A stretch of 64,000 bases of DNA from Candidatus Saccharimonadota bacterium (GCA_027459325.1 DAIDIO010000002.1:1951-65950); one strand, 5' to 3'. Positions 52,679-63,153 are shown, counted from the stretch's first letter. Notes: generated by a model from the letters alone, not told the origin. Translations and numbers: made by a program.

Positions 52679-55047
52679 ATCGTCAGGTCAGATGCGTCCA
52701 GGTTTGTATTAGTTCCTGGTTTAATCTCTCCACTAAGTATTTTTTTGGCTATCGTATCCTCAACCGCTTTTTGCAGAACCCGTCGCATCGGTCGGGCGCC
52801 AAACGTCGGGTCATAGCCCTTCTCGACTATTTTATTAATCGCGGCTTCGGTCAGACTGACAGTAATATTCTGCTGGCTTAGAGTTTGATTTACTTCCTTC
52901 AGCATCAGCATTACTACGCGGGCCAGTTCGTCGGGCTGCAGCGGTCTAAAGATTACGACTTCATCGAAACGGTTGATGAGTTCTGGTTTAAAATCATTAT
53001 GCTTAATCAGTTCTTCTATAAGTTCATCATGGAAATCATTTATATTTTCATTAAATTCGATACGTTTACGAATTGACTGGGCGCCGGCGTTGGAGGTTGC
53101 AATAATAACGCAGTCTTTAAAAGATACACTTCTGCCCTGGCTGTCACTAAGGCTACCTTCGTCGAGTATTTGCAGCAATAAATTAAGTATTGACGGGTGG
53201 GCCTTTTCTATTTCGTCAAGCAGTACTACACTAAATGGTTTTTGACGGACACTTAAAATTAGACTTTTAGTTTCATTTGTGCCGTCGGACAGCAAGCGGT
53301 TTAGGTCGCTGGGGTTCTGGTATTCACTCATATCCAAACGGATCATATTATCCACTGACTTAAAGTAAGTGCTGGCTAGCGCTTTAGCTAGTTCGGTTTT
53401 ACCGACGCCGGTTGGACCTAGAAATAAGAAACTGCCAACTGGTCTGTGAGGATTAGTTACTCCTGCCCTTGCCCGTCTCAGGGCGTTAGCTACTACGCTG
53501 ACCGCCTGATCCTGATTAATCATTTGCTGGTGGATCCGGTCTTCCAGGTTCAGTAGTTCCTCGGCCTCAGCCGGATGAGCCGAGCCAACCTTTACGCCGT
53601 ACATATCTTCAACGGCGGCTTCGATACTGGCTCTCGTTATGACGCTGCCCTGGCTGTAGGGGATGCTCCGACTTAGCAGGCTTATGGCTTTGCCAGGATA
53701 GGCTTCATCGCTGGAATAACGTCCGCTCAAACTATAGCTGGCTGTTAAAGCTTCGTAGGCAATTAGTACTTTATTTTTATTCTCTAAGCCTACGGCGGTA
53801 TCCTCTAGCACATGAAGTGTATCGGTTTCGCTGAACTCATTTAGCACAATTGGCGTAATTTGTGAGGCCAAAGCCGGGTTCCTAGCCTTGATTGTTTGAA
53901 AGCCATTAGGGGTGAGAGCCAGGATGATTGGTACACTACCTGCTCCAATAATACTTTGCAGTATTTTAGCACCATCGAAACTGCCGGTGCCTTCCGTCAG
54001 GAAAGCTTCGGCATCATCAAGAAACAAGATTATATGCCCAGCGTGAGCAGCTTCATTAGCTAGGCTGATCATTATGTATTCAATGTCACCCGGCCTACGT
54101 ACATTTGACACGATGTCGGTGGCATTAATCATTACGAGTTCATGGAAAGCAAGGTCACCTGAGGTCTTTCCTTCGATAAGTCGTTGGGCTAAAGCATAGA
54201 CGTTGCTGGTTTTGCCTACCCCGACTTGCCCAATAACGGCTAGCGCACGCGAATGGTTTTCCAGGGCGGCTTCAATTGCTAAAACCCCGCGACTTGCGGT
54301 TAGCCAGCCAAAATGAATTTGGTCTTTCATAATGCTTTGGCTCAAATTAAGGCCGAATTTATTAAGCAGAGGTGTATAACCGAAGGCCCAGTCCCTGCCA
54401 ATGCCGCCAAATTTTTGTTTCTCGCGGTCACCAAATTCAACCAAGTTTCGGCCTAACCATACCGATACGGTTTTAATATCTTCCAGTTTAGACTTTTGTT
54501 CAAGCAGCAGCGCGCCTAAGTCTTTCGAATTTAACATTAAGCCGGCTGCTACAAAACCAGGTTCGATTAGCTTACTGCCTACCCCGTCAGCTATAACGGC
54601 GGCAATATCCAGGGCCGATTTAATAGTTGATTTATCTAAGTGCTCAATGCATAGGCTGACAACCTCGGAAGATAATAGCAGATGATGATAGATAAAGCCT
54701 GTTTGCCAGCTTTTTTCTAGGCTTGCCCATAATACTTGTGGCGTAAGCTCTTTTTTGGGATCAATATTCGCAAGCACTTCAGCACTCAACCGTTCAGTTA
54801 GTCCGTTACCTTTAATTGGTAAGACGTTTAAGTAGCGTTTCCACCAGATTGCCGGAACCAGGAATAATAGCGCCAATGAAATAAAGAAGAAGCTATAACG
54901 CGTATGTCCGTTGACAGCCACTATAACTGCTCCAGCTAATGCTATAAAGCCAAGGCTAAGTGAAGCAAGATAGCTTTGCCTGCTAAGCCGTTTAGCCAGG
55001 CGAGCGGTATAAGCCCGATCGGAAGCTAAATCAAGCAGTCCTACCAT
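52675..55047 (-). CDS. membrane-anchored Clp/Hsp100-family double-AAA+ ATPase
   Basis: I prefer the ATG at 55047, which overlaps the upstream stop.
- Two TM helices lie near the N-terminus.
- AAA-1 has GQVGVGKTS with Walker B FLDD.
- AAA-2 has GPTGVGKTELAKALA with Walker B LLDEIEKAH. Confidence 0.82.
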   Translation of the reverse strand: MVGLLDLASDRAYTARLAKRLSRQSYLASLSLGFIALAGAVIVAVNGHTRYSFFFISLALLFLVPAIWWKRYLNVLPIKGNGLTERLSAEVLANIDPKKELTPQVLWASLEKSWQTGFIYHHLLLSSEVVSLCIEHLDKSTIKSALDIAAVIADGVGSKLIEPGFVAAGLMLNSKDLGALLLEQKSKLEDIKTVSVWLGRNLVEFGDREKQKFGGIGRDWAFGYTPLLNKFGLNLSQSIMKDQIHFGWLTASRGVLAIEAALENHSRALAVIGQVGVGKTSNVYALAQRLIEGKTSGDLAFHELVMINATDIVSNVRRPGDIEYIMISLANEAAHAGHIILFLDDAEAFLTEGTGSFDGAKILQSIIGAGSVPIILALTPNGFQTIKARNPALASQITPIVLNEFSETDTLHVLEDTAVGLENKNKVLIAYEALTASYSLSGRYSSDEAYPGKAISLLSRSIPYSQGSVITRASIEAAVEDMYGVKVGSAHPAEAEELLNLEDRIHQQMINQDQAVSVVANALRRARAGVTNPHRPVGSFLFLGPTGVGKTELAKALASTYFKSVDNMIRLDMSEYQNPSDLNRLLSDGTNETKSLILSVRQKPFSVVLLDEIEKAHPSILNLLLQILDEGSLSDSQGRSVSFKDCVIIATSNAGAQSIRKRIEFNENINDFHDELIEELIKHNDFKPELINRFDEVVIFRPLQPDELARVVMLMLKEVNQTLSQQNITVSLTEAAINKIVEKGYDPTFGARPMRRVLQKAVEDTIAKKILSGEIKPGTNTNLDASDLTI

Positions 55048-55403
55048 AGTAGTCCCGCCACCACGCCACCGATTATGCCGAGTGGCAGCAACGGCCAAAT
55101 GATGAGCTCAATTAAGGTCAAGATTGCAATAAAGATAGTCATAATTAAGGCGGTCAACAGTACGAACAAACGAATAACAAAGCCGATAGTTCGGCTGAAA
55201 ATGTTATCCGTCCAGGCCCGAAATTTTTCCTCTAAAGATGCACCTGGATAGGTAATAATTCTGCGCCATGGAGCAAATAGCGTACTTAGCAACTGGTTTA
55301 CACTGAAAACTTGGGCGACGTTAGCGGTCCGGCGGTTAAAACTTTTGGCTACCGCTGCCCAGCCATCTCCATACCACCATAACAAAAATACCCGCATAAA
55401 CAT
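55041..55403 (-). CDS. small polytopic membrane protein, translationally coupled to the Clp-like ATPase
   Basis: 120 aa with 2-3 TM helices. Its stop TAG overlaps the downstream ATG (ATGGTAG). Confidence 0.5.
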   Translation of the reverse strand: MFMRVFLLWWYGDGWAAVAKSFNRRTANVAQVFSVNQLLSTLFAPWRRIITYPGASLEEKFRAWTDNIFSRTIGFVIRLFVLLTALIMTIFIAILTLIELIIWPLLPLGIIGGVVAGLLW

Positions 55404-55474
55404 AAGTAGTATTGTATCACTATCTGGTGTCGAGGAGAGTGCCGGTCTTTGAGGATTATTGTTCTAATTGATGC

Positions 55475-55564
55475 TGGCGGAGGGAGAGGGATTCGAACCC
55501 TCGGTACGTTTGCACGCACACACGCTTTCCAAGCGTGCCAATTAAACCGCTCTTGCATCCCTCC
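55475..55564 (-). tRNA. tRNA-Ser (anticodon GGA), long variable arm, CCA encoded
   Basis: Reverse strand: acceptor GGAGGGA/TCCCTCC, anticodon stem CACGC/GCGTG with loop TTGGAAA, and T-arm GAGGGTTCGAATCCCTC. Confidence 0.9.
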
Positions 55565-55660
55565 AGATAGTCAATATTGTGGGTTTAATTGTTAATTATA
55601 TCGCAAATTACTACAAAAACATCTTGCCAGTTTAGCAAATACGGAGTTAAACTAGTACAA

Positions 55661-56527
55661 ATGGCATTAATCGAGTTACAAGACGTCAGTAAACTGTACG
55701 GCTTCGGGGACGCTACAACTCTAGCGCTCGACGAAGTTAGCCTTACTATAAACAAGGGTGAGTTTGTGGCGGTTATGGGCCCTAGCGGTTGCGGCAAAAG
55801 CACGCTTATGAATGTTATTGGGCTACTGGATAAACCGTCACATGGCCAGTACCGGCTTGACGGCAAACTGGTTTCACGGCTCAGCGCTAACCAATCTGCC
55901 AAAATCCGGAGGGATAAGATTGGCTTTATTTTTCAGTTCTTTAATTTACTGCCAAAACTTACTGCCTTAGAGAATGTTGCCCTACCTTTAACCTATAAAG
56001 GTATGTCGGTAACGAAGCGGCTGAAAATAGCTAGCGAGATGCTTGACCGGGTGGGTGTGCAAAGCCGCGAGTATTATTTGCCTGGACAATTGTCGGGCGG
56101 TCAATTGCAATGCGTGGCGATTGCCAGGGCTTTAGTCAATAATCCCCAGATAATTATTGCCGATGAGCCAACTGGTAACCTGGATAGCGGTAGCTCACGG
56201 TTAGTCATGGAGCTACTGGCTGAAATACATAAAATGGGTAACACCATCATATTTGTGACACATAACCCGGAGCTTACCCGGTTTGCCACTAGGGTAGTCT
56301 ATATGCACGACGGCGGCATCATTCATGATGAAGCTTCAACGATCGGTCGGGTTGCTACTACTGCCCGTAAAGTTCTCTATACCATTCCAGCCACCCGTGA
56401 AGAAGACGATCTGGCTGGCGTTTCCCTTCTGATGAAGGCCCTACCAAGTAAATCGTCAGTGGCTAAACAGCCGGTCATTAAAGTCAAGAAACCCCGAACT
56501 ATTAAAAGTAAAGCAAAGGCTAAATAA
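55661..56527 (+). CDS. ABC transporter ATP-binding protein (MacB/LolD-type) with Lys-rich C-terminal extension
   Basis: I prefer the ATG at 55661 (MALIELQDV...). Walker A GPSGCGKST, signature LSGGQLQ and Walker B IIIADEPT are present. Confidence 0.9.
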   Translation: MALIELQDVSKLYGFGDATTLALDEVSLTINKGEFVAVMGPSGCGKSTLMNVIGLLDKPSHGQYRLDGKLVSRLSANQSAKIRRDKIGFIFQFFNLLPKLTALENVALPLTYKGMSVTKRLKIASEMLDRVGVQSREYYLPGQLSGGQLQCVAIARALVNNPQIIIADEPTGNLDSGSSRLVMELLAEIHKMGNTIIFVTHNPELTRFATRVVYMHDGGIIHDEASTIGRVATTARKVLYTIPATREEDDLAGVSLLMKALPSKSSVAKQPVIKVKKPRTIKSKAKAK

Positions 56528-57760
56528 ATGTTAGGATTTGGTCTAGGCAGCAATATTAAAGCCGGTATAAGCACTTTAAAAACCTCTAAAGGAAGAAGTT
56601 TTGGCATAATGCTGGGCATAATTATTGGCGTCACGTCAGTTATAACAATCCTAGCCATCGGTGATGGCATCAAGACGCAAATCAGTGGTCAAATCCATAA
56701 ATACGGCAAGGACATTATTATTGTTAAACCTTCGCAGCTTAATCTGGGTAGTACTTCCGGTGCTCCCCTGTCTAGTTTAAATATATTAAGCCCGCTAACT
56801 TATAGAGATATAAATACCGTTAATCACGTAAATGGCGTTAGTGCCAGTGCACCGGTGACACTGGTGCCGGGAACGCCTAAGGGGGATTATGGAGCTTACC
56901 ACCAGGGTTTTGTTATTGGAACAAGTGCCAGTTTTCCAAGCCTTATAAATCAGTCACTTGCTTACGGTGATTTTTTCAGTGATAGTAATAATAATAACGG
57001 TGATGAAGTCGCGGTTTTAGGCCAAACGGCTGCCGAGGCGATGTTTAAAGAAAATGTTCCACTAGGCGCCAGCTTTACTTTTCACGGACAAACTTTCGTT
57101 GTTGATGGCATATTTAATACCTTTGACTCTACACCTTTAAGTCAACAGGCTAATTTTAACGATGCCATCTTTATACCCAATAGCATTGCCGAATCGTTTA
57201 CTAACAACACGGCGCCAACCTATGAGATATTTGCCCGCTCCACCGATCCCAATCAGGCGGCCATTACAGCTAAGAATGTCGCCAGCGCCCTCGATGTTGC
57301 CCACGGTGGCTCAAGCAACATAACTGTTAATACCGGTACCCAGGATCTTGCCAGTAATAATTCTATCGTTAATCTGACTACTGGCTTAGTGGCAGGTGTA
57401 GCCGGCATCTCCCTGCTGGTGGCCGGTATAGGCATTATGAATGTAATGCTGGTATCGGTTTCGGAACGGGTACGGGAAATAGGTATCAGAAAGGCGGTAG
57501 GAGCTACCAATCGGCAAATTAGAAATCAGTTCATTGCCGAGGCCACTTTCTTAAGCTTGTCTGGAGCCTTAATCGGTATAATTTTATCTTTTCTAATAGA
57601 GCTGGGCATAAGGCTGGTTACTAGTCTGACTCCTATCATAACCTGGCAAAGTGTAATTATTGTAACCGGGATTTCACTACTTGTCGGCATAGTCTTTGGG
57701 ACGGTCCCGGCAATTAAAGCATCAACTAAAGATCCCATAGAAGCACTGCGCGCGGAATAG
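56528..57760 (+). CDS. ABC transporter permease (MacB-like periplasmic domain plus FtsX domain)
   Basis: TM1, a large ectodomain, then 3 C-terminal TM helices. The gene abuts the ATPase gene. Confidence 0.87.
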   Translation: MLGFGLGSNIKAGISTLKTSKGRSFGIMLGIIIGVTSVITILAIGDGIKTQISGQIHKYGKDIIIVKPSQLNLGSTSGAPLSSLNILSPLTYRDINTVNHVNGVSASAPVTLVPGTPKGDYGAYHQGFVIGTSASFPSLINQSLAYGDFFSDSNNNNGDEVAVLGQTAAEAMFKENVPLGASFTFHGQTFVVDGIFNTFDSTPLSQQANFNDAIFIPNSIAESFTNNTAPTYEIFARSTDPNQAAITAKNVASALDVAHGGSSNITVNTGTQDLASNNSIVNLTTGLVAGVAGISLLVAGIGIMNVMLVSVSERVREIGIRKAVGATNRQIRNQFIAEATFLSLSGALIGIILSFLIELGIRLVTSLTPIITWQSVIIVTGISLLVGIVFGTVPAIKASTKDPIEALRAE

Positions 57761-57761
57761 T

Positions 57762-58931
57762 CTATTCCGCACACTGGCCTGTGTTGACAGCGGAAGTTCT
57801 ATACTTGGCCTGATTAATTTCTTGGCTTACTTTGTCCATAGCCAGAGCGTAGCCGACCTGATTATAAGTTGTACTTTCGGCGAATACGACACCCATAACA
57901 TTACCGTTTTCTTCAACTAATGGGCCACCGGAATTACCGGGTATAACATTAGCCGCAATTTCATAAATATTCCTGAGCGTCACGCCATTGCCATAGATGT
58001 TATGGCCGCTGGCCTGAAATTCAGCCATAACAGCCGCTGGATCAGCTTTAAAGCCGCCACCACCAGGGTAGCCTAAGACGGCTCCTGGAGTGTTGGTGCT
58101 GATTGATTTTGTGTCAATGGTTAGAGGCTTGCCTGCCAGACCGGAGGTTCTAAGCACAGCTAAATCCAAATTTGGATCAAACCATATGACAGTTGCATAA
58201 TGGCGCCCATTAACATCAAAAATATATGGCGAACTTATACCGGCTACAACATGGGCGTTGGTGGCCACTAAATTGTTGCCGACCACAAAACCTGAGCCAG
58301 AGACTATCCCCCCGCAGCCGGTACCCTCGATCTTGACTACAGATGTCCGATCGGCATTAACGGCGCTAAGTAACGCTCCAAGTGTTGGTGTGGTGACGTT
58401 ATTATTAGGGATTGGCTCGTTGCCGATGAATACATCAGGAAAGCCATTGGGGTCAATTATTCTACCGAGATCAGAGATAATGTTTGGTGCCGGCGGCATT
58501 ATATTATTTAGGGCGGCAATAATATGGGAGGTTTTTATATAACCTTTAACCCTGGTAGCCGGTAGGCTCTGGATAACTGAGGAGGCCAGCCAGATGAGCA
58601 ACAGCATGGAAATGCCGGTTAGAATTGCGCCTAGGTAATTATCGGCGGAATCGAGTTGCTTTATTTTTAGCCGATACTTGAAATGCAGCCCAATATATTC
58701 TCCGGCTGATAAACCGATTAGGCTAAGACCTAGCATGGTCGCAACAGTGACGATCGCCCGGTTGGTTGGAGTATGGACCAGGCTGATAGTATAGCTATCA
58801 ACCAAGCGGCCTAAGAAAAGCCCGGCAATTAGCCCGATGACCGAGAAAAACTGACTTAAAAATCCTCTTCCCCAGTTTCTCAGAACGGCATAAATGACTA
58901 TTAAAACTATAAGCAGGTCGATCAACATCAA
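57762..58931 (-). CDS. CvpA-family membrane domain fused to trypsin-like serine protease (MarP-like)
   Basis: Four N-terminal TM helices. The catalytic triad contexts are TNAHVV, DLAVL and GNSGGPL. Confidence 0.8.
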   Translation of the reverse strand: MMLIDLLIVLIVIYAVLRNWGRGFLSQFFSVIGLIAGLFLGRLVDSYTISLVHTPTNRAIVTVATMLGLSLIGLSAGEYIGLHFKYRLKIKQLDSADNYLGAILTGISMLLLIWLASSVIQSLPATRVKGYIKTSHIIAALNNIMPPAPNIISDLGRIIDPNGFPDVFIGNEPIPNNNVTTPTLGALLSAVNADRTSVVKIEGTGCGGIVSGSGFVVGNNLVATNAHVVAGISSPYIFDVNGRHYATVIWFDPNLDLAVLRTSGLAGKPLTIDTKSISTNTPGAVLGYPGGGGFKADPAAVMAEFQASGHNIYGNGVTLRNIYEIAANVIPGNSGGPLVEENGNVMGVVFAESTTYNQVGYALAMDKVSQEINQAKYRTSAVNTGQCAE

Positions 58932-59002
58932 ACTCCTTCTTCAAGCTCTTTAACAAAGGACTATATTAATTTTAGCAAGTCAGGGCTTTAGGGGCACTGA
59001 AA

Positions 59003-60346
59003 TTATCTTACTTTTTCTGCGGCGTTGGGGTAAATTCTTAAGCCTTCATCATTATCCGCCCAGGTGTCTAGTAGTGGTTGAAGGATACGCCAAGTTGTCA
59101 AAACTTCTTCATCGGAGGCAAATAATGACTGGTCACCCCTAACTGCGTCCATAAGGACCCGTTCGTAAGCATCTACCGTATGAGCACTTTTAAAAACGTC
59201 TTTATACTTTAGATCCAGTGCCGTATGTGTCATGTTGTTAGTCAGGCCCGGCTCTTTAATTAGCAGATTAAGACTTATACCTTCATTAGGTTGTATCTGA
59301 AACGTTAAGCTATTACGACGTCTTTCCCCGGCACTCTTAAAAGCAATTGTTATGTCGGCGAGCGTACGGTTCATGCCTTTGCCATGCTCAAGCAGTAAAG
59401 GTACGCCCTGCCAGGCGGTTAACTGGCTGGAAAGTTCAAGTTTAACGTATGTTTCCACGTTGCTATCCTTGCCAACCTCCTGACGGTATGTCTGATACTG
59501 GCCTCTAATGGCTTTAGTAGGTCTGGCTTCTTGTAAACTAGCAAAAAACTTAAGTTTAGCAGCGTGGATGGCTTTGCTGGTCATATTTTCCGGCACGTCC
59601 ATAAGGGTCAGTGCTAGTATTTGCATCAGGTGACTTTGGATCATGTCACGCAGGGCGCCAGTCTGCTCGTAAAAATTTACCCGGCCTTCAATGCCTAAGG
59701 TTTCAAATTGACGGACATGGACGGAATCTATGTGCCCATTGTTCCATAGAGGTACAAAAATCGGATTATGTAGCCTGAAGGATAGTAGGTTTTGTGCAGT
59801 TTCCTTGGCCAGGTAGTGATCAATCCGATAAATTTGCTCTGCTTGATAAGCGGAACCGACGAGCTTGACCGCTTCGGTTGCTGATGTCAAATTATAGCCA
59901 AACGGTTTTTCAAGTAAAATGCGGTTAGCTTCGCTATTAAGTCCGGTCGCCTTTAAGTTGGAAATAATCGGGCCGTAAGCGCTAGGCGGGATCGACATAT
60001 AGAATAGTCGGCTATGATTGGCATTATTATCCAAATCATCTAATTTGTCTTTCAACTTCTGGAAATCGCTCAGCTTTTCAGGATCTATCTGTACTGTGTC
60101 TATTGAAGCGTTCAATTGATTTAAAGCCTCATCTTCGCACGCTTCGTCTCGGTCGTTTAAGCTGCCTTCAATAAGATGCATAAGATCTGCTTTAGACAGC
60201 GGGCTACGGCTTGTGCCAATTATCTGTGTGCCTGTTGGCAGCAGTTTTTTATGAAATAGGTGGTAGACCGCCGGTAGCAATTTCCGTTTGCTTAAATCTC
60301 CCGTGATTCCAAATATTACTATTACTGGGGCTGATTGATTAGTCAT
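59003..60346 (-). CDS. zwf: glucose-6-phosphate 1-dehydrogenase
   Basis: Contains GITGDLSKRKLLPA, EKPFG and RIDHYLAKE motifs. Confidence 0.92.
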   Translation of the reverse strand: MTNQSAPVIVIFGITGDLSKRKLLPAVYHLFHKKLLPTGTQIIGTSRSPLSKADLMHLIEGSLNDRDEACEDEALNQLNASIDTVQIDPEKLSDFQKLKDKLDDLDNNANHSRLFYMSIPPSAYGPIISNLKATGLNSEANRILLEKPFGYNLTSATEAVKLVGSAYQAEQIYRIDHYLAKETAQNLLSFRLHNPIFVPLWNNGHIDSVHVRQFETLGIEGRVNFYEQTGALRDMIQSHLMQILALTLMDVPENMTSKAIHAAKLKFFASLQEARPTKAIRGQYQTYRQEVGKDSNVETYVKLELSSQLTAWQGVPLLLEHGKGMNRTLADITIAFKSAGERRRNSLTFQIQPNEGISLNLLIKEPGLTNNMTHTALDLKYKDVFKSAHTVDAYERVLMDAVRGDQSLFASDEEVLTTWRILQPLLDTWADNDEGLRIYPNAAEKVR

Positions 60347-60421
60347 TATTATTTAAGGTTATCGCCTTTTATATATATTACCAACTTTTGTTATTTGCAA
60401 TATGTAGTATAATATGGCGTT

Positions 60422-60757
60422 ATGAATGAAAATATGAATGGTGCCTGGCGGCAGTTATTTAGCTTGCTTGATCTAGCAAGCGACCAGTCCATGCTGTCAC
60501 GGGCTATTGAAGATGCTATGGAGTCTGAAGTAGTGCCTATTGAAGATATTGATCAATACCTATCAATGCGCTTTGAAGAGAGCTACATAAGTAGTGACTA
60601 TAAAGAGTCAGAAAAGTGGTTATTTTTAGCGCAGGCAGTCCGGCAGCGGATGATTGAGATGGATGTAACTGACCAGTTAACTCATGAAGACCGCGAATTC
60701 TTCGCTTTCAACCTACCGTTAGAAGTTATTCTTGGCTCCAGCGAGCTAAACTTCTGA
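60422..60757 (+). CDS. hypothetical acidic protein
   Basis: 111-aa ORF. No motif recognised. Confidence 0.35.
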   Translation: MNENMNGAWRQLFSLLDLASDQSMLSRAIEDAMESEVVPIEDIDQYLSMRFEESYISSDYKESEKWLFLAQAVRQRMIEMDVTDQLTHEDREFFAFNLPLEVILGSSELNF

Positions 60758-60786
60758 AATTTACGCATGTATAATAGATCTTTGTA

Positions 60787-61677
60787 ATGCCAAAAATAAA
60801 CCAAGTTGTTTTAATGTCCGGAGCTGATTACTTTAATGATGAATTTGCCATTAATGCGCAGATGGATTCAAATGTAAAAGTTGATGTAGCGGCGGCCATT
60901 AAAGAACATGAATCAATTAAAAATGCTTTCATTCAAGCCGGTATTGAGGTTAAGCAGGTTCAACCGCCTTCGACTTCGCAAGACGGCGTTTATACCGCCA
61001 ACTGGGCACTTATAAGGAGCGGTAAGGCCCTGATGGCCCGGTTGCCAAATAAACGCAAATCCGAAGAAGCCTATGCCAAACAAGCCTTGGAAGATCTAGG
61101 CTTGCAAATCCTCATAATGCCTGAACACGTTGAGAGATTTAGTGGACAAGGTGATGCCCTGCCCTGCGGGGGGACGGTATTTACACAATCGCCTTTTCGG
61201 ACCACTAAAGATGCTCACCCCTACATTAAGTCGCTGCTTGGCTTTAATGAGGTTATCAGTTTAGAAACTAAGCCGAAGCGTTGGTTTAGGTTCGGTCCGG
61301 CCAAGATTAATAAAATAACCGGCTGGCCGGATAGTCCAACGTATGACATCGATCTAGCTCTTGCTGTACTTAAATGGCCAGAAGGCAACCAAAAAGGGCT
61401 GATCGCCTACTGCCCTGACCTATTTAAAAGCACTAGTAGTAAACTTTTAGCAAATTATGATCAAGTAGATAAGATAATTGTGTCTAAGCATGAAGCGCTG
61501 ACGGCTTTTTGTTTAAACCTTGTTTCAACCGGCGAAATTGTTGTCTTAAATTCTAATGCTCCAAAGTTCCAAGCTGATCTAGAATCCCACGGGCTTAAAA
61601 CTATAACCCTGGATCTACCTGAACTTCGTAAAGGTGGTGGATCGATCCGCTGCTCTAGCTTAACCTTAGATAACTAA
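60787..61677 (+). CDS. guanidino-group-modifying enzyme superfamily protein (amidinotransferase/DDAH-like)
   Basis: C-terminal GGGSIRCSSL with the catalytic Cys. At 296 aa it is too short for ArcA. Confidence 0.65.
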   Translation: MPKINQVVLMSGADYFNDEFAINAQMDSNVKVDVAAAIKEHESIKNAFIQAGIEVKQVQPPSTSQDGVYTANWALIRSGKALMARLPNKRKSEEAYAKQALEDLGLQILIMPEHVERFSGQGDALPCGGTVFTQSPFRTTKDAHPYIKSLLGFNEVISLETKPKRWFRFGPAKINKITGWPDSPTYDIDLALAVLKWPEGNQKGLIAYCPDLFKSTSSKLLANYDQVDKIIVSKHEALTAFCLNLVSTGEIVVLNSNAPKFQADLESHGLKTITLDLPELRKGGGSIRCSSLTLDN

Positions 61678-61850
61678 CTGTATTTTTATGTCCAGGGTTC
61701 TACTCTAAGCACATCATTCTTTATGCTGCTTAAGTCTTTATTAATCAAGTCTTGCTATTACAGCGTATTCTGAGACTTATCCACACCAGTAGTTTGACAG
61801 ATTGAACATTAAGGTGCATGATTCAATTATCACTTAAAGGAGGGTGAAAA

Positions 61851-62390
61851 ATGAGTGCAGTTAGTGTCACGAGGGATAACTGGTGGGCTCTAGTGCTAGG
61901 GGGTGTGGCAACGTTATTATTTGGTTTGGCAGCAGTTTTTTGGCCAGGCCTGGGCTTGCATGTACTGCTCTATCTGTTTAGCGCTTTTGTGCTGATCGTC
62001 GGAGTAGTAGATGCCCTAACCGGTTTAAGCAGTATTGGAGTTGCCGATACCTGGTTTCTGCCGTCGGCTTTAGGTGCGTTTGAATTAGGCGTAGGAGTTT
62101 ATTTGGTAAGACATACCAATGTTAAGTTCACGACCTTTGTAGCTTTAATTGGCTTTGCGCTAATAGCTAGAGCGGTAGTTGAGGCAGTTAACGCTTACTT
62201 TAGCGTAGCTAATATTGCTAAAGCTCAGGCTTTGGCTTATTTGAGCGCACTTGTCGCTTTGGTAGCCGGCATCCTAATTTTGTTTGCAAAACAGAAACAT
62301 GGCGTTTCCTTTGTATGGCTACTTGGGACTTACGCTATCGTAACTGGCATTTTCCAGATATCCGGTCTTGCTAATCGTCCTATTAAATAG
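61851..62390 (+). CDS. HdeD/DUF308-family membrane protein
   Basis: Six TM helices and a WWALVLGGVATLLFGLAAVFWPG pattern. Confidence 0.65.
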   Translation: MSAVSVTRDNWWALVLGGVATLLFGLAAVFWPGLGLHVLLYLFSAFVLIVGVVDALTGLSSIGVADTWFLPSALGAFELGVGVYLVRHTNVKFTTFVALIGFALIARAVVEAVNAYFSVANIAKAQALAYLSALVALVAGILILFAKQKHGVSFVWLLGTYAIVTGIFQISGLANRPIK

Positions 62391-62404
62391 TTACTAATAG
62401 GCAT

Positions 62405-62446
62405 AAAGGACGGTTCTATTAGGATTACTAACCGTCCTTTTTTTAT
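62405..62446 (+). terminator. rho-independent terminator
   Basis: AAAGGACGGTT (62405-62415) pairs perfectly with AACCGTCCTTT (62430-62440) and is followed by a T-run. Confidence 0.85.
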
Positions 62447-62502
62447 TGTCTTTAAGCTATTATTCATCTAAGCTCAGTTAATATAGTCTATACGGCCTAA
62501 TT

Positions 62503-63153
62503 ATGAAAAAATACATGCCCCATTTTTTTACTGTTACCCTGGCAATTACTGCCCTTATCTATAACTCCTGGCCGCTCGGTTACTGGTTAGATAATCATAC
62601 AGCTAAGTTCGGTGTGCCTAGCGATCTTGAGGATCCTCATCATGCTTATTCATGGGTATTTATTTGTGGCGATGTAATTACGGCCTTACTGATTCTGGCT
62701 CTGACTCTTTATCTGGCTCGGCGTCTTGTTAATTTACGGCTTAGATATGCCTGGGTTAGCTTAACTCTCGGTCTATTCTTATTCGGGTTTTTCACTGGTT
62801 TTGGAGCGGCTGCCCCTGACAGGTGTCATGGCCGGTTCTCGGCATGCCTTGTTATTCTACAAGATAAAGTGAGTGTTGACGGGATTGAATCAACACTAGC
62901 CTTTAGCGGTCTTCTAATTGCCCTGTTTAGTATTGCCATATTGTCACTAGGTCTAAACAGGTATTACCAACTACTGGCTTGGATAATGTTTATTTGCTGG
63001 TTCATTCTCGGCGCCATCTTTTTTCACCGTTCAGTATATAGACAAAATATTCATAATATTGAACAAGTATTCTTAGTCTTAAGCGGCATTGGTTTAGTCA
63101 TATCCGGAATGGTTATAGATAAGTACAAACTTATTACTCAACCGCCTATATAG
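62503..63153 (+). CDS. polytopic membrane protein (DUF998-like)
   Basis: About 6 TM helices. The family call is tentative. Confidence 0.4.
   Translation: MKKYMPHFFTVTLAITALIYNSWPLGYWLDNHTAKFGVPSDLEDPHHAYSWVFICGDVITALLILALTLYLARRLVNLRLRYAWVSLTLGLFLFGFFTGFGAAAPDRCHGRFSACLVILQDKVSVDGIESTLAFSGLLIALFSIAILSLGLNRYYQLLAWIMFICWFILGAIFFHRSVYRQNIHNIEQVFLVLSGIGLVISGMVIDKYKLITQPPI

Noticed and set aside
55349-55558. 69-aa ORF on the minus strand.
   Set aside because: It lies almost entirely within tRNA-Ser(GGA) (55475-55564) and that tRNA's downstream flank, so it is spurious.
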